A model generated the notes under the pieces. It was not told the origin of the DNA, did not search any database, and was given only the letters and a program-made list of their open reading frames with translations. From contig NC_043021.1 of assembly GCF_006345805.1 (NCBI RefSeq), positions 13,144,001-13,208,000 on the forward strand: a stretch of DNA of 64,000 nt, in the 5' to 3' direction. The position numbers and the translations under genes are program-made. The number at the start of each line of letters is the position of its first letter. Positions within the stretch are counted from its first letter, which is position 1. The stretch is from Octopus sinensis (lineage: Eukaryota). Of the stretch, positions 1 through 10,894 are shown one piece after another.

Positions 1-215
1 TTTCGATTTGGATGAGTGAACTACTATAGGTTTTGCCCAACCAATGGTGTGCCAGTTGATTCGAACGAGTGAACATCCTGCTCGTGAAATTAACGTGCAA
101 GTGACTGAGCACTGCACAGACCTGCGTACCCTTAACATAGTTCTCAGGGAGATTCAGCATAATGCAGAATGGGACAAGGACGGCCCTTTGAAATACAAGT
201 ACTACCAGTTTTTGC
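1..215 (-). mobile_element. SINE family D fragment
   Basis: Shares 'gctcgtgaaattaacgtgcaagtg-ctgagcac-cacag...cccttaac-tagttctcagggagattcag...ggccctttgaaatacaagtac' with copies at 10895-11758, 17098-17660 and 58340-58585. Confidence 0.75.
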
Positions 216-226
216 CAGTGGAGTGG

Positions 227-637
227 ACTCTTTACTCTCTTTTTACTCTTTTACTTGTTTCAGTCAGTTGACTGCGGCCATGCTGGAGCACCGCCTTTAG
301 TCGAGCAACTCGACCCCGGGACTTATTCTTTGTAAGCCCAGTACTTATGCTATCGGTCTCTTTTGCCGAACAGCGAAGTGACGGGGACATAAACACACCA
401 GCATCGGTTGTCAAGCAATGCTAGGGGGACAAACACAGACACACAAACATACACGCACACATATATATACATATACGATGGGCTTTTTTCAGTTTCCATC
501 TACCAAATCCACTCACAAGGCTTTGGTCGGCCTGAGACTATAGTAGAAGACACTTGCCCAAGGTGCCACGCAGTGGGACTGAACCCGGAACCATGTGGTT
601 GGTAAGCAAGCTACTTACCACACAGCCACTCCTGCGA
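227..637 (-). mobile_element. tRNA-derived SINE family A, full length, with internal (TA)n/(TG)n tract
   Basis: Reverse complement of the near-consensus copy at 14234-14638: A box TGGCTGTGTGG, B box GGTTCAGTCCC, tail 'gtaaaagagtaaaagag'. Confidence 0.9.
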
Positions 638-883
638 CTGAAGCAACATGAAATAAAGTGTAATGCACCTCAAGAATTGAACTCACAACTTTATGATTGT
701 GAAGCAAATAACCTAACCACTAAGCCAATAAACCTGATTATCTTTTTCTCTCTTTCTCTATTTTGTTTCTTTTGATCTTTTGTTTTTATTTTTACTTTTA
801 CATTTCATGTCATAAGAAACAACAAGACTATTTAACTACTGATAACACAGCTCTTAGATTTCCAAATAACCAGCCAGAGATGA

Positions 884-1093
884 ACCTTTTGGCATTTAAA
901 CTGGCCAGATCCAGCCCAAATGTTCCACCTGTTTTAACTTTATATTGGCCAAATCCTGTACTTACTCCACAATGTCATTCTAAAAATAAACAGTTACATC
1001 ATCGAACTTTTGGAGCTACAAGATAATTCATTCAAAAAAATGTGAATAAATTATCATTGCACTTGATAGAGTAATCTGACTGATAAAGGGTTA
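884..1093. mobile_element. piggyBac-type TTAA MITE, older subfamily
   Basis: Starts 'aaccttttggcatttaaactggcc' and ends 'aaagggttaa'; homologous to 1915-2135 and to the copies at 38134-38930. Confidence 0.65.
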
Positions 1094-1289
1094 AGTATCA
1101 CCAGTGTCTTTGTTGTTCACTTTGAATAGTGACATTTATGTATAAGAGTGAAACCTGACAGGGCTAAACGAAATAATTTCGCTGCCTTGGTTACTGAAAA
1201 AATATCTCCCTCTTAAGTAAGAGTATTATCGTAAAATGAAGAAAGAGAGCCAGAAACATTATTAAGATTAGAATCTAGTATGTCTAACT

Positions 1290-1850
1290 TCTGCTAGCTT
1301 AACCTTTTATCTTAGAAATGTTTGATACCATGGCAACTCAGAAAGAGAGAGAGAGAGAGTTTTCTGAATGAAAGCAAAGTTAACATTACATCCAAGTAGT
1401 TTAAGCGAAAGTGAAAGGATCACTTTTTTTTTTTACATGTGGCCATGGTATTTTTTATTAAGACAGGACCAGGAAAATATTAGGCAGGAATGCTGGAGAA
1501 CACTGATTGAAGGACAATATCTTAAAAGACAAAGAGCAATGAAAAGCAGTTTCACTAGCAACTGTTGAGAGTAGAGATGAAGTTGAGTGAAGTTCTAATA
1601 AGTTTCTGGAAGATTCTGTAAATTTAAGGCAAATACTACTGACCTCCATATTGTATCAGTTGTTTTCTCTTGAAGTCCATTTCCTCTAAGGTTGTAAGGG
1701 ACGGTTCTACTTTGTAGAATTCTAAATGGTTTGGTTCTGCTTTGTACAATTCCTAGTGGGTTCAGAAAATTTCTCCCTTCCATACTCATGAACTGAGCTC
1801 CTCTGTCACTATGGACAGCACCAGGAGGTCCAACAAGAAATAGTAGCTAC
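1290..1850 (-). pseudogene. Degenerate retroviral-type (Ty3/gypsy-like) integrase core fragment
   Basis: Minus-strand translation GPPGAVHSDRGAQFMS..FLNPLGIVQSRT..PYNLRGNGLQE..TIW..V.AL, then frameshifted LHS..SLL.T.ASET and PGPVL. HSDRGxQF and PYxPxxNGxxE are rve integrase hallmarks. Contains stops and frameshifts. Confidence 0.8.
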
Positions 1851-1914
1851 ATATCTCTCAAATCTTACTGTATTGTCTTTACAAATAAAAAAAGAGAGAC
1901 AAATATATTATTAA

Positions 1915-2135
1915 CCCTTTAGCATTTAAACCGGCCATATCCGGCCAAAAGTATTCTGCTTGTTTTATGTTCAAACTGGCCGTATCTGGTTTCTTACACC
2001 AACCCTACAATTTCGTTTTAAAAATTAACAGCAACCTCATCAAAATCTCCTAGCTACAAGATAATGCATTATTAGTTCAAAACAACATGGATAAAAAAGC
2101 CTTAATTTTAGCAGAATGACGTGAACACTAAAGGG
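1915..2135. mobile_element. piggyBac-type MITE
   Basis: TIRs CCCTTTAG/CTAAAGGG flanked by TTAA at 1911-1914 and 2136-2139; close second copy at 38687-38908. Confidence 0.85.
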
Positions 2136-2329
2136 TTAAACAATACCATCCTGAATCAGTGACAGTGAACTTTTGACGTGAATGTCAGCAGTGACATACT
2201 TTAAGGTGACACATGATGAACTGTGAAAAGAAAATCTCCTTGCAATATCATTATAAAGAGCTTATCTCTAAGCGTTTACCCAAAACTAAAATACATGCTT
2301 TGCAACAACAGAATTGATACTGGTGTTGG

Positions 2330-2580
2330 TGTCACATAAAAAGCATTTGTGCTGGTGCAATGTTAAAAGCACTGGTGCCACATAAAAGGCACCCGGTATA
2401 CTCTATGAAATGGTTGGCATTAGGAAGGGCACCCCGCTGTAGAAACCATGCCAGAATAGACACTGGAACCTGGTGTGTCCTCTGGCCTTACCAGCTCCAG
2501 TCAAACCATCCAACCCATGCTAGCATGGAAAACAGATGTTAAGTGATGATGATGATTTTGATGATGATGATGGTGATGAT
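2330..2580 (+). mobile_element. SINE family C (Ceph-domain-like, RTE-type (GAT)n tail)
   Basis: Contains 'ggttggcattaggaagggc...ctgtagaaac' and 'ccaacccatgctagcatggaaa' followed by (GAT)n. The domain name rests on recalled similarity. Confidence 0.75.
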
Positions 2581-2599
2581 GTGAGTGACATTCCAAAAC

Positions 2600-2860
2600 C
2601 AGAATTATTATCCATCCATCCATTTTCTTTTCCCACTATTCCTGTGAGGTGTCCTCATGCACTTCCTTCATGGTGTCCCATCAGAAGCAGCTGGTGTTAC
2701 TTTCTGGCCGGATTCCCAGGCATGACCAGTTGGCTCAGCTTGAAGAATCCATCTTGGTGATTCTTTCCTGTGACTTTCCTAATCACTTGTCCATAGCACC
2801 AGAGCTGTGACCTCTCAATGTGGAGGTCAACTCAGAGAGACATCTTCAATGTCTTACATT
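2600..2860 (-). pseudogene. RTE-clade LINE 3' fragment
   Basis: Minus-strand translation LHIERSQLWCYGQVIR resembles the RTE C-terminal LHIERSQLRWFGH motif; ends at a (GGAT)n tail. Confidence 0.55.
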
Positions 2861-3457
2861 TTGCATAAGAAACTGGTATGATTCGATTTGGTGATTAGCG
2901 AAGAGGATAATCCTATATTATGGCACGGATTATGAATTTGTATAAATTGGTATGCTACAAAAATAAAAGGGTACAGATGTTTCAGAAATGACCTTTTGCC
3001 CGAGAGGGAAGAGACATTTCAACTGTTAGAAAATCTCTTTCCTTTCAGACAAAGGGTCAATTTTGAAAAATCACATTTCTCTTATGCCCATTGGCATATA
3101 AATTTATCTAAACCCAAAAATGTCACAGTGTCATTTCTAGACTGTTGACTGCCATCATATACCTTCAATTCTTTTTTTGAATATTATTATTATTCACTTG
3201 TTTCAGTAAAAATTGACTTCTCTACTTATTTTATAATTTTGGTATTTATTCTATCAGTCACTTTTGCCAAACTGCTAAGTTATAGGGAGGTAAGCATACC
3301 AAAACTGGCTGTCAAGTGGTGGAGGCGAACAAACACAGGCAGAAAGACAGACACATGCATGCACGCGTGCACACACACTCACACACACATACACGCACTC
3401 TTGTAAGTGGATTTGGTAGATGGAAAGCGAAAGAAACACAAAAACATACACACACAA

Positions 3458-3499
<42 letters not shown>

Positions 3500-3527
3500 G
3501 CGAGAAAGAAGCAACAAGAATGGATAG

Positions 3528-3623
3528 GTATTTAGTACGATCGTTTCATACAAGGACAGGTTTTATTAAAAGTTGCAAAGATTACAGCATATAAACGAGT
3601 CCCGTACTCATCAGCTAAAATAC
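3528..3623 (-). ncRNA. Type I hammerhead ribozyme, copy 1
   Basis: Reverse complement of 4668-4763; predicted cleavage 3' of the A at position 3536. Confidence 0.8.
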
Positions 3624-3785
3624 ATGTAAGTTCTCTAGACATCCTAGTGTTTGAGGCTATACTCATGAAGTAATGTAGATAATTAAACAGATTTCTAAAG
3701 ATTTCTTTTTCTTTTTCTTTTTCTTTTTCTTTTTTCCCTTCTTTCCCTATTTCTTTCTCTTTTCTCTTTTTTCTTGAATGGATAG

Positions 3786-3881
3786 GTATTTAGTACGATC
3801 GTTTCATACAAGGACAGGTTTTATTAAAAGTTGCAAAGATTACAGCATATAAACGAGTCCCGTACTCATCAGCTAAAATAC
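3786..3881 (-). ncRNA. Type I hammerhead ribozyme, copy 2
   Basis: Identical to copy 1, offset by 258 nt; predicted cleavage 3' of the A at position 3794. Confidence 0.8.
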
Positions 3882-4667
3882 ATGTAAGTTCTCTAGACAT
3901 CCTAGTGTTTGAGGCTATACTCATGAAGTAATGTAGATAATTAAACAGATTTCTAAAGATTTCTTTTTCTTTTTCTTTTTCTTTTTCTTTTTTCCCTTCT
4001 TTTCCTATTTCTTTCTCTTTTCTCTTTTTTCTTTTTCTTCTTCTTATTCTCTGTTTCCTTTTCTCTTCTCTTTTAGTCCCCCTTCCCCCCCCCCTTTTGC
4101 TCCCTCCTCCATTATTTTCTCTCTTTTCTTCTATTCCCTTCTCTATTCTTGGCCGATCTAGTAAGCCCTTCAGCCTTTAAGAGTTAAATAGCTACAGCCT
4201 CTTGTGAATAGCAGTAATGTGATTAATGTGGCAAACACCTAATCATATAACAAGGACTGATACCTACCTCATTGTGTTCAACCATTGTAAAATTTATCGC
4301 CTGTGAATATGAAATTCATCTCCATTTCTCTGGAAATTTACATCTACACCATTGGAATCTGTGCATACATACAAAGGATTAATTCACCCTCTCTGTAATG
4401 CTAATAAGCAGGAATTGAGACCCACCTCGTTGTAATTAACAATGGATAAATTTGTCTTCTGTGAGTATATAATCCCTCATCATATCTATGGAAATTCATA
4501 TGGATTAGGTCACCTTCTCTGTGATGCTATCAAAACTTTTTTAAAATTCTGTGATAAGACTGTACATCATCTTTAAAGAACTTTAATGAACTTTAGAAAT
4601 CTGTTTAATTATCTACATTACTTCATGAGTATAGCCTCAAACACTAGGATGTCTAGAGAACTTACAT

Positions 4668-4763
4668 GTATTTTAGCTGATGAGTACGGGACTCGTTTAT
4701 ATGCTGTAATCTTTGCAACTTTTAATAAAACCTGTCCTTGTATGAAACGATCGTACTAAATAC
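4668..4763 (+). ncRNA. Type I hammerhead ribozyme, copy 3
   Basis: Stem I GUAUUUUAG/CUAAAUAC; core CUGAUGA at 4677-4683; stem II GUACGGGAC/GUCCUUGUAU; GAAA at 4744-4747; stem III A-U and C-G closing a palindromic GAUC loop; cleavage triplet GUA at 4753-4755. Confidence 0.8.
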
Positions 4764-4977
4764 CTATCCATTCTTGTTGCTTCTTTCTCGCTTATAATCA
4801 CCCCACATACTGTATTGTTAAATCAGTATAGTTTTTTTGGTGCATCTAAGTTAGGTACCATATTCAAGTAAATTTTTTTAAATTAACTTGAATCTTTATT
4901 GCTCTTTGTATATATATATATATATATGTATGTATATATTTGAGTTTGTCCCCCGACCATCACTTGACACACAGACA

Positions 4978-5009
<32 letters not shown>

Positions 5010-5014
<5 letters not shown>

Positions 5015-5206
5015 TTCAGTCATTTAGCTGCAGCCATGCTGGAGCACCACTTCTGAAGGGTGGCTGTGTGGTAAGAAGTTTGCTTCTCAACCACGTTGTT
5101 CCAGGTTCGGTCCCACTGTGTGGGACCTTGGATTTCTATTATAGCCTCGGGCCAACCAAAGTCTTGTGAGTGGTTTTAGTAGACAAAAAGTGAAAGAAAC
5201 CTGTTG

Positions 5207-5242
<36 letters not shown>

Positions 5243-6620
5243 TGTATGTATGTATGTATGTATGTGTGTGTGTGTATGTGTGTGTGTGTGTGTGTATGTA
5301 TTTGTGTATTTATGTCTTTGAGTTTGTGTTTGACCCCCACCCATCACTCAACAACTGATGTTGGTTTCTTTATGTCCCAATAACTTAGCAGCTTGGTAAA
5401 AAGAGACCGATAGAACAAGTTCCAGGCTTAAAAAAGAATTAGTCCCGGGGTCAGTTTCTTCAAATAAAACCCTTTAAGGCAGTGCTCCAGCATGGCTGCA
5501 GTCAAATGACTGAAACAAGTAAAAGAATAAAAAAAATACAATAAACGCGGAGTGGCTGTGTGGTAAGTAGCTTGCTAACCAACCACATGGTTCCGGGTTC
5601 AGTCCCACTGCGTGGCATCTTGGGCAAGTGTCTTCTGCTATAGCCCCGGGCCGACCAATGCCTTGTGAGTGGATTTGGTAGACAGAAACTGAAAGAAACC
5701 TGTTGTATATATGTATATATATATATGTATGTGTGTGTTTGCGTGTCTGTGTTTGTCCCCCTAGCATTGCTTGACAACCGATGCTGGTGTGTTCACGTCC
5801 CTGTAACTTAGCGGTTCGGCAAAAGAGACCGATAGAATAAGTACTGGGCTTACAAAGAATAAGTCCCGGGGTCGATTTGCTCGACTAAAGGCGGTGCTCC
5901 AGCATGGCCGCAGTCAAATGACTGAAACAAGTAAAAGAGTAAAAGAGAGTAAACACACACAAACACACACATGTATAGGGGAAGCAGCTGTATTTGATGA
6001 TTTTTTTTTGTTTCTTGCTTCAGTAACAACTCAATATATTGGTGAACAGTCAACAGCAGTGGAGAGCATAAAGATTAAAGTTGTAGCTGAGAAGAAATTA
6101 GCTGACATGCGGGCATGGCTGTGTGGTTAGGGAGCTTGCTTCCTAGCTGCATGGTTTTGGGTTCAGTCCCACTGCATGGCACTTTGGGTAGGTGTCTTCT
6201 GCTATAGCCCTGAGCCGACCGGAGCTTTGTGATTGAATTCGGTAGGTGGGAGTTACTGCCGTGTGTGTATGTGTGCGTATAGCTGCTCAGTGCCTCTCCG
6301 AAAGAGAGAGAGTGGGTGGACTGGAAGTCATCTGAATATTAGAAAAAGAGTTACCTGGATCATGAGGATTCATGCCAGATATCAAAATGCCGAAATCAAG
6401 ACTGCTGCTTTGTGAGCATTGTAAAGGCAGTGAAACCGACGCTTGACAACCAACGCTGGTGTGTTTACGTCCCCATAACTTAGCGCTTCAGCAAATGAGA
6501 CCAATAGAATAAGTACTAGGCTTACAAAGAATAACTCGTGGGGTCGGTTTGCTCGGCTAAAGGTGGTGCTCCAGCATGGCCACAGTCAAATGACTGAAAC
6601 AAGTAAAAGAGTAAAAAGAG
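5010..6620 (+). mobile_element. Cluster of SINE family A copies (about 5055-5530, 5545-5945, 6105-6290, 6440-6620)
   Basis: Repeated tRNA-like heads and 'ccagcatggccgcagtcaaatgactgaaacaagtaaaaga' tails. Confidence 0.85.
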
Positions 6621-6829
6621 AGATACACATATCTAGGCATGTGTGTGTGTTTCCATATTTTTTATTACCTGGAACTTCTGCATTGACATATATGTACAAC
6701 AATTATTTGAATAAAACAGCAGACACAAGATGGCGTATGAAGCAGTTAAAAGTCTTCAAATCAGAAATCATTTCAGTTATCAATATGAAACTTGTCTGTC
6801 TGTGTATGTTCTCATGTATTTCGTTGTAG

Positions 6830-7055
6830 ATTAGTCATTTCCCAATCCCACGAAATGCAGATCTTTGTCTTCGGTGGAAGCAGTTCTGGTTTGGTATGAA
6901 GTGTTGCTCGCATGCTCAGTCATTCTTTCCCTGGCTTCATATTGACATAAAGAATTATTTTTCATACTTGGTGATGGTGTGATAAAAACTCTGTCTAGCA
7001 GAGTGGTAGAGCCACACCTGAGTTTGTCTCATTCATTCAGAGCACATGTGGATAT
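6830..7055 (-). pseudogene. Mariner transposase fragment (WVPH-to-catalytic-domain region)
   Basis: Minus strand reads PH.. then FLSH.ITKYEK*ILYVNMKPGKE*LS..TKPELLPPKTKICISWDWE, a degenerate version of ITGDEKWxLYxN..LHPxKxMLCVWWDWE. Confidence 0.65.
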
Positions 7056-7099
7056 GGTAGACGAAAACTGAAAGAAGCCCATCGTGTATATATATATAT

Positions 7100-7325
7100 T
7101 TCTTTACTGCCCACAAGGGGCTAAACACAGAGGGGACAAACAAGGACAGACAAAGGGATTAAGTCGACTACATCGACCCCAGTGCGTAACTGGTACTTAA
7201 TTTATCGACCCCGAAAGGATGAAAGGCAAAGTCGACCTCGGCGGAATTTGAACTCGGAACGTAACGACAGACGAAATACGACTACGAATTTCGCCCGGCG
7301 TGCTAACGTTTCTACCAGCTCGCCT
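7100..7325 (-). mobile_element. tRNA-derived SINE family B (Meta-domain-like)
   Basis: Reverse complement of 'gagctggcagaaacgttagcacgccgggcgaaat...gagttcaaattccgccgaggtcgactttgcctttcatcctttcggggtcgataaattaagtaccag'. The central block resembles the Meta/Sauria SINE core as I recall it. Confidence 0.85.
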
Positions 7326-7354
7326 CGTGTATATATATATATATATATATATCA

Positions 7355-7655
7355 CGTAAAAAGCACCATCCAAACCGTGGCCAAAGCCAGTGCCGCCTCG
7401 ACTGGCTTCCATGCCGGTGGCACGTAAAATGCACCAATCCAACCATGGCCGTTGCCAGCCTTGCCTGGCACCTGTGCAGGTGGCACGTAAAAAGCACCCA
7501 CTACACTCACGGAGTGGTTGGCGTTAGGAAGGGCATCCAGCTGTAGAAACATTGCCAGATAAGGCTGGAGCCTGGTGCAGCCTTCTGGCTTCCCAGATCC
7601 CCGGTCGAACCGTCCAACCCATGCTAGCATGGAGAACGGACGTTAAACGATGATG
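7355..7655 (+). mobile_element. SINE family C
   Basis: Internal repeats 'gccggtggcacgtaaaa-gcacc', the Ceph-like core and a (GAT)n tail. Confidence 0.85.
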
Positions 7656-7889
7656 ATATATATATATCAAAATAAGCAAAGGTAGTGTAGTATATATATA
7701 TATGTATGTGTGTGTGTGTGTGTGTTTATTTGTCTGTGTTTGTCCCCGCACCATCACTTGACAACCGATGTTGGTGTGTTTACGTACCCGTAACTTAGCA
7801 GTTCAGCAAAAGTGACTGATAGAATAAGTACTAGGCTTACAAAGAATTAGTCCTAGGGCCGATTTGTTCAGCTAAACTCCAAAAACTCA

Positions 7890-8270
7890 GAGCACACTGA
7901 GTTTTTGGACTTTACTCATTGACTTTGCCCATTGTCCCCTCATGGTATCATAAGAGCATCCCATCTGCTTGCCCACCTGCTTTAGTGGACTGGTGTAGTT
8001 CCTTGTGGTTGAACTCAATTCAATCAATCCTCATTGGACTGAATGGGATGGCCAGAATGGGGAGAATCTGTGAAGTCAAATTTCTCCTCCTCGAAGCACA
8101 AAGGCCATTTCTGTACAGTTCTTTTGCTAACAGCAACTTTCCTGTTCACAGCTTCACAGCACAAATGTTTTTGAGTGGTTGTGTAGCTTCGGAACCTTGA
8201 CCCAAAGTGAAGAAGATCAGGTGTCGAAATGTTCAGGTTTTTTTTTTTTTTGCTCTGCATAGTACTCCAT
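7890..8270 (-). pseudogene. Mariner transposase N-terminal (HTH) fragment
   Basis: ORF 8024-8260 contains VSKRTVQKW..F.E.KFDFTDSPHSGHP, matching mariner ERTxxKWFxxFxxGxFDLxDxPRSGRP; continues toward MGKVQK. Confidence 0.7.
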
Positions 8271-8462
8271 TGTCATATGTGTGAGAAGAGGTAAAATTTA
8301 TTCAAATTTCAAATACATTAAACAAAAGTTGCTGAGAGAAAATAAAGTGACAAAAAAACAACAACATAAAACATTAAAATAAAAATATTTTTCATGCTAA
8401 TTCAAATAACAGTGGAAAAAAGCAAAAGAAAATTACCTTATAACTCTCCCCTCTGTCTCTGT

Positions 8463-8497
<35 letters not shown>

Positions 8498-8644
8498 AGG
8501 CCTTGTTTGAGGTCTAACCTTCCAAGTTCTTTTATAGGGTTTAGAAAAACTGAAGGACCTCTGCAATAAGTGTGTGAATCTGAGAGGGAAATATGTTGGA
8601 TAAAACCATAATTAACTGATCCTCCTGTATTTTCTTTTACCCAA

Positions 8645-8671
8645 AGCCAGGAACTTTTCAGCACCCTCTCG
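8645..8671 (-). mobile_element. Mariner-type TIR followed by TA and a long (TATG)n/(TG)n tract (to about 8975)
   Basis: Reverse complement is 'cgagagggtgctgaaaagttcctggct'; TA at 8672-8673. Confidence 0.55.
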
Positions 8672-8885
8672 TATGTATGTATGTATGTATGTATGTATGT
8701 ATGTATGTATGTATGTATGTATGTATGTATGTATGTATGTATGTGTGTATGGATGGATGTGTGTGTGTATGTATGTATGTATATATGTGTGTATGTATGT
8801 ATGTATGTATGTATGTATGTGTGTGTGTGTGTATGTATGGATGGATGTATGTATGTATGGATGCGTGTGTATGTATGTGTGTGTG

Positions 8886-8917
<32 letters not shown>

Positions 8918-8925
8918 TGTATGTA

Positions 8926-8958
<33 letters not shown>

Positions 8959-9049
8959 ATGTATGTATGTATGCCATGAATATAATCATCATCACCCTTT
9001 TACACTCTTTTTTCCAGCATGCTAGCATGGGTTGGATTGGTTGGCAAAG

Positions 9050-9257
9050 CCAGAGTTAGCATATATTTGGGGGTGCATATGAATGAAGATGGTTGCATAC
9101 AGAAGTGGTGATCACTAAAAAATTGATGGAACTTGTGGAAGAGGGAGACCAAGGAAGACATGGGACGAATTATTGAAGGCCAATCTCAAGACACTGATAT
9201 TAATGAAGAAGACAAAGGAATGACATTGCTAGTGTATCACTGTACCTAAGAAGACCT

Positions 9258-9293
<36 letters not shown>

Positions 9294-9500
9294 TGCTAGT
9301 GCCACATATAAAGCACCCAGTATACTCTGTGGAGTGGTTGGCATTAGGAAGGGCATCCAGATATAAAGATCATGCCAGAACAGACAACAGAGCCTGGTAA
9401 TGCCCTTGGCCTTACCAGCTTCAGTGAAACAGTTCAATCCATGCCAGCATGGAAAACGGATGTTTGATGATGATGTTTGATGATGATGATGATGATGATG
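9050..9500 (+). mobile_element. RTE LINE C-terminal fragment (9050-9235) followed by (TG)n and a family C SINE
   Basis: Translates ..HMNEDGCIQK..GTCGRGRPRKTW.E..; homologous to 19393-19560. Confidence 0.6.
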
Positions 9501-10204
9501 ACCATGATGATGGTGATGATGATACTCCCTTATATGGATTGTGGAACCTCACCATGCTTACATTTCATTTTTGGTTCGATTCCATAGCTTCATACCCTTT
9601 CTAGCTCCCGGCACTTAACAGAATGTATTGAGTCCCCCCTCCCACCACTTTTTTTTCTTTTTGCATGGCACCAATACAAGAAAGGTGTCATGAATTTAAG
9701 ACATCTAAAGACCCTTCAACAATGCATGTCTCTGCTGTACGGGGAGTGAGGAGTATGAGTGATAGAGGCATGAGTGACGGTGACTGGAGGGATTTGTGGT
9801 GATGAGATGAGTGATTGCATTCCGTACCAATCTCAGTATTTTGATACAGAAATATTTATTCAAGGCAACACAATGTGCCTAAGATGGCAGAGGAAATGAC
9901 AGAGGTCTATGTGACCCAGGGGATAGATACACACACACACAATATACCTATGTGCAAGTACATACACACCCATAGTGACACATCTAAGTATCTATCTAGC
10001 AATCTAACACATAAAGTCCAATCTAACACATATCTGAACTTATATCAGAAGAGATCACAGATTAATTCATCTTTATGCAAACATCCTACTGTTGATATAG
10101 TAAGTAACAGCAATAATAGCCTGATACGAACAATAACAATAACAATAATGAATGCAGTGCTTAGGTGTATTACAAGTCGTATAACAAGAGTAGGAGTGGG
10201 AAGG

Positions 10205-10800
10205 CAGCGAGCTGGCAGAAACGTTAGCACGCCGGGCGAAATGCTTAGCGGTAATGCATCTGCTGCTATGTTCTGAGTTCAAATTCCGCCGAGGTCGACT
10301 TTGCCTTTCATCCTTTCGGGGTCGATAAATTAAATACCAGTTATGCACTGGGGTCGATGCAATCGACTTAATCTGTTTGTCTGTCTGTCCTTGTTTGTCC
10401 CCTCTGTGTTTAGCCCCTTGTGGGTAGTAAAAGAAATAGGTATTTCGTCTGCCGTTACGTTCTGAGTTCAAATTCCGCCGAGGTCGACTTTGCCTTTTAT
10501 CCTTTCGGGGTCGATAAATTAAATACCAGTTATGCACTGGGGGGGGGGGGGGCGATGCAATCGACTTAATCTGTTTGTTTCTCCTTTCTGTTTAGCCCCT
10601 TGTGGGTAGTAAAAGAAACAGGTATTTATAATATGCCATTACGTTCTGAGTTCAAATTCCGCCGAGGTCGACTTTGCCTTTCATCCTTTTGGGGTTGATA
10701 AATTAAGTACCAGTTATGCACTGGGGTCGATATAATCAACTTAATCCCTTTGTTTGTCCCCTCTATGCTTAGCCCCTTGTCGGCAATAAAGAGATAAGAA
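10205..10800 (+). mobile_element. Three tandem/overlapping SINE family B copies
   Basis: Repeated 'gttctgagttcaaattccgccgaggtcgactttgcc' cores at about 10270, 10460 and 10645. Confidence 0.85.
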
Positions 10801-10894
10801 TAGAAGTGGGGGACAGAAAGCAATAATAAGTGAAGGGAGACAACAGCTGACAGTACATACACAGTGACACTGTCACTGCCATTGGGACCCTGTT

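Larger units (their letters stand above)
3500..4791. mobile_element. Penelope-like terminal repeat (pLTR)/retrozyme-like structure: two tandem copies plus one inverted copy
   Basis: 3500-3700 is the reverse complement of 4591-4791 (no mismatch seen by eye). 3518-3775 is repeated at 3776-4033 (period 258). Each copy contains a hammerhead core. Confidence 0.75.
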
